A stretch of DNA of 53,281 nucleotides from a bacterium (lineage in GTDB: Bacteria; UBA10199; 2-02-FULL-44-16; DYJF01), in NCBI GenBank assembly GCA_041739675.1, contig JBGSNL010000009.1:1-53281 (forward strand), written 5' to 3'. Numbering within the stretch: the first letter of the stretch is position 1; each line of letters opens with the position of its first letter. Of this stretch, positions 46,941 through 53,281 are shown one piece after another. A model generated the notes under the pieces. The model did not search any database. It was given only the letters and a program-made list of their open reading frames with translations, and was not told where the DNA came from. Made by a program: the position numbers and the translations under genes.

Positions 46941-47945
46941 ATGAAAATGATTCGCAGTTGCACGGTCCTGCTCGCATGTTTCGCGCTGGTCATGGCCGGA
47001 TGCGGAGGAGGTGGAGACAGCGGCGGCGGCGGCGAAACTGATCCCGCGACGAATACCTTCACAAGCGGCGGGAGCACACTCACTGCGGCAACGACAAGCA
47101 CGGCGAGCGCAAAAACAACGACGGTCACCGACGCCACTGGAACCACCATTCTCACGGCTACAGCCACGACGGCGGGCGTCTCGTTCGCATTCCCAGGCGT
47201 TGCGGGAACGACGGACATCGCGCTGACTACTCCTTTGTCGGCCCTTCCCACGAACTACAGCTCCGGCGTTCTGGCCACATACGTAGCCGGCCAAACTATG
47301 GGAGTGGCGGCAATATGCGTAACCAAGGACAGCCCGGGATGCGACTGGTTCCCTGACACACAGTGCACCCTCTCCTGCTGCGCCGATCACGATGCATGCT
47401 ATCAGCTGAACAGTTGCGGCGCTTCATCGTGGATTCCATTTGTCGGATCCGATGCCTGCAAAAACTGCAACTATATCGCCGCGGGCTGCATCGAGCTCGC
47501 TTGTGCGGGTCTCATTCCAACCGCGGGCGACCGCTGCTATGATAACCGCTGCGCGCAGTTCTATGACTGCGGCAGTGCCGACTGCTACGCCTGCACCTCT
47601 CCGTGCGACACAATCTCACCGGCGCGCTGCACCTCGACGGTTGTCAGTAATTGCTGCGGCAACGGCTCCTGCGAACTTGGCGAGACGCGCGAAAACTGTC
47701 CCGGTGATTGCGCGGAAGGCTCCGGCTACAACACCTGCTGCGTCGAGAACGCAGATTGTCCTGACGAGACGGGAACCACCTGCGGCGCAACATGCTGCTG
47801 CTGCGGTTTGGGCGAGGTCTGCACGACCGACGGCTCGCATGTTTGCACCGGCTCCGCCGCGATGGTAGTCAAAACGACACCCGAAGAAGACATCTCGGCC
47901 ATTCTCAAGGGATGCTGGGGCAAGCCGAAATCGGAGTGTCTGTAG
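46941..47945 (+). CDS. Cys-rich lipoprotein with phospholipase A2-like CCxxHDxCY motif
   Basis: Lipobox MAGC, Thr-rich linker, CCADHDACY, CGNGSCELGET..NCPGDC Cys repeat. Confidence 0.65.
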   Translation: MKMIRSCTVLLACFALVMAGCGGGGDSGGGGETDPATNTFTSGGSTLTAATTSTASAKTTTVTDATGTTILTATATTAGVSFAFPGVAGTTDIALTTPLSALPTNYSSGVLATYVAGQTMGVAAICVTKDSPGCDWFPDTQCTLSCCADHDACYQLNSCGASSWIPFVGSDACKNCNYIAAGCIELACAGLIPTAGDRCYDNRCAQFYDCGSADCYACTSPCDTISPARCTSTVVSNCCGNGSCELGETRENCPGDCAEGSGYNTCCVENADCPDETGTTCGATCCCCGLGEVCTTDGSHVCTGSAAMVVKTTPEEDISAILKGCWGKPKSECL

Positions 47946-47955
47946 AGTTTAGAAT

Positions 47956-48267
47956 ATGCCGGCAACAGATAACTCAGTTGCTATGATCTTCACGGCTGCG
48001 GCGACCATCGTCGCAGCCGCTTTTTTCCTGGGCGCTCTCGTCTGCTCGATCGTTGCGCTGAAAAAATGGCAGGGCCGCTGGAAGTTTGCTGCGGGACTTC
48101 CCATTCTCGCTTTGATCTCTCTGGCCGCTGTCATCATAATCGCAGTCATGAGAGACCCGACGGCGCACAATCTGTGGCCCTTCGAATTCGTGATATGGGG
48201 AATCGCTTCGCTGATTTATATGGGTCTGCTCGTTTTAGCACGCCGCATCTTCAGGGCCAGGGATTAG
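47956..48267 (+). CDS. Small three-TM membrane protein
   Basis: Hydrophobic helices, DPTAHNLWPFE motif. Confidence 0.65.
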   Translation: MPATDNSVAMIFTAAATIVAAAFFLGALVCSIVALKKWQGRWKFAAGLPILALISLAAVIIIAVMRDPTAHNLWPFEFVIWGIASLIYMGLLVLARRIFRARD

Positions 48268-48276
48268 GACAAATTC

Positions 48277-49056
48277 ATGCCATTCATTATCTGCGGCGAT
48301 ATAAAAATTTATTATGAAAAAACGGGGAGCGGTCCGGAGCTTGTGCTCATTCACGGATTGGGAACCGACATCCGCCTGTGGGCGCCGGTCGTGCAAAGAC
48401 TGAAAAACGATTTCACCCTTCTCGCCTTCGACATGCGCGGTTCGGGCAAGACCGACAAACCCGAAGAGGCCTACACAATCGGGCAAATGGCAGATGATGC
48501 CACTTCATTTATAGAACAAATCTGCGACAAAGCGGTTCGCGTTTTGGGATTTTCCATGGGCGGAATTATTGCCATGGAGCTGGCGATCAGGCGCCCCGAA
48601 CTTGCGGAAAAACTCGTATTGGTATCGACCCTGCCGTCATGGCACGGCCCCTTTCCGCCCGCTGAAGATACACAGAGCCTGTTCCGCAGAACGGACGTGA
48701 GCCCTGAACTGCTAACCGAGGTTTTTGAAACTATTTTTGGATCGGTTTACAGGAAGAAAAATAGCGCTAAGGACTATGTTGATTTCCGTTTAAGCGACGA
48801 CAATCCCCAGCCTCTTCACGCATATCTCAATCAGCTTAATGCGATGGAAGCATACGGCTTGAATAAAAATATCTCCTCGATTTCAGTTCCGACGCTCATC
48901 GTGGCGGGAAATGAGGACAAGGTTGTGCCGCCTCAGAACTCTTCGTGGCTGAAAGAAAATATCCCCGGCGCAAAGCTGAAACTTTTCGAAGGCGGCGGCC
49001 ACATGATTCCCGTCGAAATGCCGGACCAATTGGCCGAAGTTATTCGGCCGTTATGA
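48277..49056 (+). CDS. Alpha/beta hydrolase
   Basis: LIHGLG, DMRGSG, GFSMGG nucleophile elbow, GGH. Confidence 0.93.
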   Translation: MPFIICGDIKIYYEKTGSGPELVLIHGLGTDIRLWAPVVQRLKNDFTLLAFDMRGSGKTDKPEEAYTIGQMADDATSFIEQICDKAVRVLGFSMGGIIAMELAIRRPELAEKLVLVSTLPSWHGPFPPAEDTQSLFRRTDVSPELLTEVFETIFGSVYRKKNSAKDYVDFRLSDDNPQPLHAYLNQLNAMEAYGLNKNISSISVPTLIVAGNEDKVVPPQNSSWLKENIPGAKLKLFEGGGHMIPVEMPDQLAEVIRPL

Positions 49057-49432
49057 TCACCGAAACTTTTCCGCCTAGATTCGAGCCGTCGAATAAGGTC
49101 AGATTGTAGCGGCCCTTTTTGTCGGCAGTAAATTCCGATTCATTCTTCGCGTTCTTTGCCGTCTCGACAGTTGGGCGGTACTCTTCTTTGCCGCCGGGTC
49201 TTTGCAGGAAGCCATACGGCTCCATTTTTGATGATGCGGCCTTAAGCTCAATCTTGATCTTTTGTCCCTTCAGGGCTTCAAACGATACCTCTGCGCTTCC
49301 CCCTTCCGCGCCCACTGAAACTGTCTTATCAAGCAGCGTCTTCACCTCCCCCGCGCTTGCCTTCCTGCATCCCAATCCGATTGCCATGCCTGAAATGGCG
49401 AGAGCTAAGAGAACTATTCTTGCGATTTTCAT
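49040..49432 (-). CDS. Small lipoprotein (PPC-like beta-sandwich)
   Basis: MKIARIVLLALAISGMAIGLGC lipobox; AAGGAG RBS. Confidence 0.65.
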   Translation of the reverse strand: MKIARIVLLALAISGMAIGLGCRKASAGEVKTLLDKTVSVGAEGGSAEVSFEALKGQKIKIELKAASSKMEPYGFLQRPGGKEEYRPTVETAKNAKNESEFTADKKGRYNLTLFDGSNLGGKVSVIITAE

Positions 49433-49445
49433 ATTGGTCTCCTTG

Positions 49446-50186
49446 TTACAATTGACCTGTGAATTCACCAACAACTCTGAATCCCACATCCCCGCAGCGA
49501 TTGCCCGGATTTCCCCAGTCGCGACTTGCCGATCTGCATTCTCTTCCCACACTGTTATCGCAACCTCCGCGAAGAATACGCATGATCCCCGCCGGCTCTT
49601 CCCACGCCCGGCCGTCGGCCGGAGCACCCGCGTAGCTGTCGTGAAACCAGTCCTGACACCATTCCCAAACATTTCCGATCATATCGTACAGTCCCCATGG
49701 ATTCGGTTTTTCTTTGCCGACCTGGAACAAATATCCGTCGCTGTTGCAGCCGACACAACCGTATTTGGGAAGTTCTTTGCAGTCAGGGTCGTTTCCCCAA
49801 TAAAATCTGGTCGTCGTTCCGGCCCGGCACGCATATTCACGCTCCGCTTCACTTGGAAGCCGCACCTTCCTTCCCACCTTTGCGCTCATCACCCTGCAAA
49901 ATATCTGGCAGTCATCCCAGTTGACGCAGTTTGTAGGTATATGGCTGCCCTTTCCGCTTTGATATGGGTTGACGCCCATAATTGCTTCCCACTGCTCCTG
50001 CGTTACGGGATAAATGCCCATATAAAACGGTTTTGCAATTTTGACCTCATGTTCCGGGCCTTCGACATGGCAGGAGCGGCCCTTTTCGTGCTTGGGAGAA
50101 CCCATCATAAACTTGCCGGCCGGCATCATAACCAATTCCATCTTCACCTTTTCATTCAGGTTTAAGATCAATTTTGTGTCTATCAT
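49446..50186 (-). CDS. Formylglycine-generating-enzyme (FGE-sulfatase/SUMF1) domain protein
   Basis: PAGKFMMGS, VTQEQW, RLPSEAE, PNPWGLYDMIGNVWEW, RGG, GFRVV; start MIDTK. Confidence 0.9.
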   Translation of the reverse strand: MIDTKLILNLNEKVKMELVMMPAGKFMMGSPKHEKGRSCHVEGPEHEVKIAKPFYMGIYPVTQEQWEAIMGVNPYQSGKGSHIPTNCVNWDDCQIFCRVMSAKVGRKVRLPSEAEREYACRAGTTTRFYWGNDPDCKELPKYGCVGCNSDGYLFQVGKEKPNPWGLYDMIGNVWEWCQDWFHDSYAGAPADGRAWEEPAGIMRILRGGCDNSVGRECRSASRDWGNPGNRCGDVGFRVVGEFTGQL

Positions 50187-50288
50187 AATAGCTCCTAAGT
50201 TAATTGGACCACGGAAAATTACCCGTTTTTTACTCTTCTCCCGCAGGCATTGCAAGCGGCGGGAGGAATGATTGACGAGACGCTTTAC

Positions 50289-51344
50289 CTATCCCTTTAT
50301 CCTATACAAACTTCCCTTCCTTGCCCCTTCCATTTCAATCAGACTTTCATGTTTAAGACGCGAAAGAATATTTTTGAGAGTGACGCGTTTGATGCCAGTC
50401 TGCCTTTCCAGAAATCCGATGCTGACCGGTTGATGCGCACGAATGGTCTCAAGCGTCTTATCGGCAAGCGCAGTGAGTCTGCCCGATTTTTTTGGAATCA
50501 ATAATTTCTTGAGAAGCTCTATTTGTCGTTCAAGAGTTTTCAAAAAGAAAATCAACCACGGGTTAAGATCGGGCGAGGCGTTAAGAGTAGCCTGCGTCTG
50601 CCTGAGCGATATGTAATAGGCATCTTTATTATCCTCGACGACTTTTTCGTGCGATGTGAACATGCAGAATTCATATTCCCGTTTGAGAAGACAGAGATTC
50701 GTGAGAAGCCGCGCCATGCGGCCGTTGCCGTCGCGGAACGGATGTATAGCCAGGAATTTGACGATGAAAGCGGCGATCACTTCTAGATCGGAATAATTGG
50801 GATCGTCTATGAATTCATTGTAATCACCGACCAGATCTTTCATCTCCGTTTCGGTCTGCACACCGGGCGGTGTCGTTTCAAAAATGACCGCCCTTTCGCC
50901 GGTCGCGTGGTCGATCTTGACGACGGAGTTCGGCACATTCTTATACGCGCCCCTCTGATTGGGGGGCAAGACTTCATTCGAGAGATAGGCACACATCATC
51001 TGATGCAACGATCTTATCGTGTGCTCCGAGATATCAAGCTCGCTGAAGTGATCAAAAATGTATTTGATACAATCGATGTAGCCGGCGACTTCCGCTTCAT
51101 CGCGGTCGGCAATCTTTTTGATGTGGAGACCTTCGAGTTTCTGAACGATCTCTTCATCCGTCAGATGCGCGCCTTCGATCCTTGTCGATGCGCCGGCCGA
51201 TGTGATGATCGTGGTTTTCTTGAGCCCGGCATATATATCCCTGTTCGCTTCTTCGGATATCGCCCACAGTTCATTGAAGGCCCCTATCTGCTGAATGTAT
51301 TTTAATGTAATAGGGCTAAGCTGCGTCTTTAGTAGGTTCTTCAT
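50289..51344 (-). CDS. Fic family protein (class II-like) with C-terminal wHTH
   Basis: HPFRDGNGRMAR Fic motif; N-terminal STRIEG inhibitory motif; start MKNLL. Confidence 0.92.
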   Translation of the reverse strand: MKNLLKTQLSPITLKYIQQIGAFNELWAISEEANRDIYAGLKKTTIITSAGASTRIEGAHLTDEEIVQKLEGLHIKKIADRDEAEVAGYIDCIKYIFDHFSELDISEHTIRSLHQMMCAYLSNEVLPPNQRGAYKNVPNSVVKIDHATGERAVIFETTPPGVQTETEMKDLVGDYNEFIDDPNYSDLEVIAAFIVKFLAIHPFRDGNGRMARLLTNLCLLKREYEFCMFTSHEKVVEDNKDAYYISLRQTQATLNASPDLNPWLIFFLKTLERQIELLKKLLIPKKSGRLTALADKTLETIRAHQPVSIGFLERQTGIKRVTLKNILSRLKHESLIEMEGARKGSLYRIKG

Positions 51345-51416
51345 ACCATAAAATATGCCATATATTATACCATAAGTCAAGATTCGCCATATACTATACC
51401 ATATATTATGCCATAT
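51344..51416 (-). repeat. 12-bp-period direct repeats over the fic promoter
   Basis: About six units related to TATGGYATAATA on the minus strand, overlapping TTGACT (51380-51375) and CATATT (51357-51352). Confidence 0.75.
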
Positions 51417-51451
51417 CTGCGGCCGGAAGGCATTGAAAACACCTGTTCACG

Positions 51452-51494
51452 AAAATCGACCTTGAATGAATTCAGCTATTTAGTCCTAGGGGGA
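51452..51494 (+). repeat. 43-bp direct repeat, copy 1 (att-like)
   Basis: AAAATCGACCTTGAATGAATTCAGCTATTTAGTCCTAGGGGGA; 39/43 identical to 52495-52537. Confidence 0.85.
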
Positions 51495-51850
51495 ATGATC
51501 CTTTATCCGTACGACAAATTGTACGATTGACGGACATATGCACGAAAATGCTGCAGCATTTTTGATGAACAGACTTTTTGTAACTTTCTAATCTCCCAAT
51601 TTTAAACCGCTTTTTATTTCGTCCCTTCAGGCACGCATTTTGCTGATAAAAATAAATAGGCTCGTTCCCTTTGAAAAAAATGGCAAATGGCGATCTTGAA
51701 GTCGCAAATTGCGACCTCAAACGTATAACTAGTTGAAACCGAAGTATATTTATTGAAATGCAATTTCACCATATAAAACAAGGAATTGGATGTTTGAGAT
51801 CACAAATTGTGATTTCAAACGCGTAACATGCTGATAAATAAGGAGATAAA

Positions 51851-52411
51851 ATGCCTGCGGAACATATGATTTCGACAGAATGTGTTGAACGCAAAATATT
51901 GTTGATCCGTGGCGAAAAGGTCATTCTCGATTTCGACCTTGCCACTCTTTACGGAATAGATACGAGGACATTAATTCAGGCGATCAAACGAAATTTAAAT
52001 CGCTTTCCATCTGATTTTTTATTCCAGCTTAATAGACAGGAACTTCTCCTTTTAAGATCGCAATTAGCGATCCCTATTGAAATGAAAAGCAGAGGTGGGC
52101 GAAGAACATTGCCCTACGCGTTCACAGAACACGGCGTAATAATGGCGGCGACCGTGCTCAATTCCCCGCAGGCAATTCAGGCAAGCGTCTATGTTGTCAG
52201 GGCATTTGTGAAATTACGAAAGATGATCGCAACTCACCGCGAACTGGCGCATAAGTTAGATGATCTTGAACGCAATGTTGCGACGCATGACAAGGCAATA
52301 TGCTCACTTTTCGATGCGATAAGAAAACTAATGTCTTATCCCGAAAAGCCCCGCCGCAAAATTGGATTTGATTTGAGCGGAAGCAAAATGAATAAAAGTG
52401 ATCAACGATAA
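51851..52411 (+). CDS. ORF6N (KilA-N-like) domain DNA-binding protein
   Basis: IRGEKVILDFDLATLY, KRNLNRFPSDFLFQL, PYAFTEHGV, VVRAFV, RKIGF. Confidence 0.92.
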   Translation: MPAEHMISTECVERKILLIRGEKVILDFDLATLYGIDTRTLIQAIKRNLNRFPSDFLFQLNRQELLLLRSQLAIPIEMKSRGGRRTLPYAFTEHGVIMAATVLNSPQAIQASVYVVRAFVKLRKMIATHRELAHKLDDLERNVATHDKAICSLFDAIRKLMSYPEKPRRKIGFDLSGSKMNKSDQR

Positions 52412-52494
52412 AGGCGATTAGGATTACGATTACGATAAAAGCGATTGGCGATTGGCGGGCGCCACCCATAAAGAATGCACCAACCCATTCCTCA

Positions 52495-52537
52495 AAAATC
52501 GACTTTGAATGATTTCAGCTACTTAGTCCTACGGGGA
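52495..52537 (+). repeat. 43-bp direct repeat, copy 2 (att-like)
   Basis: AAAATCGACTTTGAATGATTTCAGCTACTTAGTCCTACGGGGA. Confidence 0.85.
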
Positions 52538-52588
52538 CTGTTAGTTCAATAGTGAAGTGCACCAGCCCTAGCCAGTACGCCTATTAAT

Positions 52589-53281
52589 CTAGCGCATGAT
52601 CGCTCTTTTTATACATGCAACAACGCTTTCGATCCTGCTTGGCGCTCTGATTTCGTACTTTTTCAGCAGATCATCTCTAGTCAAATTGGGGTAAGAAAAC
52701 CGGCCATTTAAGACAGAAAGGACGTGTCTCAGCGTAAGGCAAAAAGCAAAAATTAGATTTGTAGTAGAGAAGCCTCCACCAATATTGAGTAGTCCTATCA
52801 TTTTTTTCAGTGGCGATCCCGCCCTCACTTCATCAAAGTGGGGCGAAATATCCTTTGAGCCGTGAGCAGCCATCGATCGTATCCTATACAGGATCCTAAA
52901 AAATCTTCTCGCATCAGTATCGTTCAAAATTCTGGCGGGATCCTCACGAAATTCAGTACTGGCGAACTCTCTATACAGCGCCGATCCGAGTTGGTAGAAG
53001 TACCGGATGCAATTGTCCTCACTTCCTTCCAAGAGAATACCTTCCAACCCTGAAATGGCAGTTAATAGACCAGACGCCAAGCGAAGGCGATTTTCGATGC
53101 AATTATCATGCAATGCCAATAGGATCTGGGAGAATCCCGACAACAACATTTCGTGCCGGAACAGGCGATCACCATCAGCTTTCAAATAGGCGTACCAATT
53201 CCGTATGGCCTCATAATCGATACCAGAATTCACATCGTGCGGGTGTCTCTGAAATACCCAAGCCGACGATCTAAAGAAATA
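52589..53281 (-). CDS. HEPN-motif protein (Apea-like), 5' end outside the window
   Basis: Frame is open to the window edge; helical protein with ISGLE and YRIRSMAAHG (RxxxxH). Confidence 0.6.
   Translation of the reverse strand, partial: YFFRSSAWVFQRHPHDVNSGIDYEAIRNWYAYLKADGDRLFRHEMLLSGFSQILLALHDNCIENRLRLASGLLTAISGLEGILLEGSEDNCIRYFYQLGSALYREFASTEFREDPARILNDTDARRFFRILYRIRSMAAHGSKDISPHFDEVRAGSPLKKMIGLLNIGGGFSTTNLIFAFCLTLRHVLSVLNGRFSYPNLTRDDLLKKYEIRAPSRIESVVACIKRAIMR

Noticed and set aside
4077..50186. Diversity-generating retroelement (Avd-like proteins plus FGE-fold target)
   Set aside because: No reverse transcriptase and no template/variable repeat pair seen; the components are more than 40 kb apart
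1..53281. CRISPR array or rRNA genes
   Set aside because: No regularly spaced repeat-spacer series, cas genes or rRNA-like sequence seen

Overview
Bacterial chromosomal segment, apparently GC-rich, with a gene mix resembling deltaproteobacterial (Myxococcota/Bdellovibrionota-like) lineages (inference). The housekeeping core comprises secA, recN, rarA, uppP, tldD/pmbA, nfo, moeA, tRNA-Val and tRNA-Asp. It is interspersed with an orphan type III export gate gene (sctV) beside FHA/TPR/PEGA genes, a CHASE2 cyclase-SH3-M48 module, a lexA-like/Pol IV cassette, a two-subunit molybdo-hydroxylase and many unknown lipoproteins. The most unusual signal is two diverged ~0.85 kb cassettes (about 4010-4889 and 7030-7890). 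Each holds two head-to-head four-helix-bundle (TIGR02436/23S-IVP, Avd-like) genes of distinct A and B subtypes around a long perfect hairpin. The two arms co-vary at the nucleotide level within each cassette, the central loop is flipped relative to the genes between copies, and the flanks carry 6-bp-period repeats. The window also starts with what looks like the 3' end of a group I intron in the anticodon loop of tRNA-Lys(CUU), followed by a RAYT-like HUH transposase behind a consensus sigma-54 promoter. It ends in an AT-richer, island-like edge (Fic, ORF6N between 43-bp direct repeats, truncated HEPN-motif gene). All calls come from manual reading; no searches were run.
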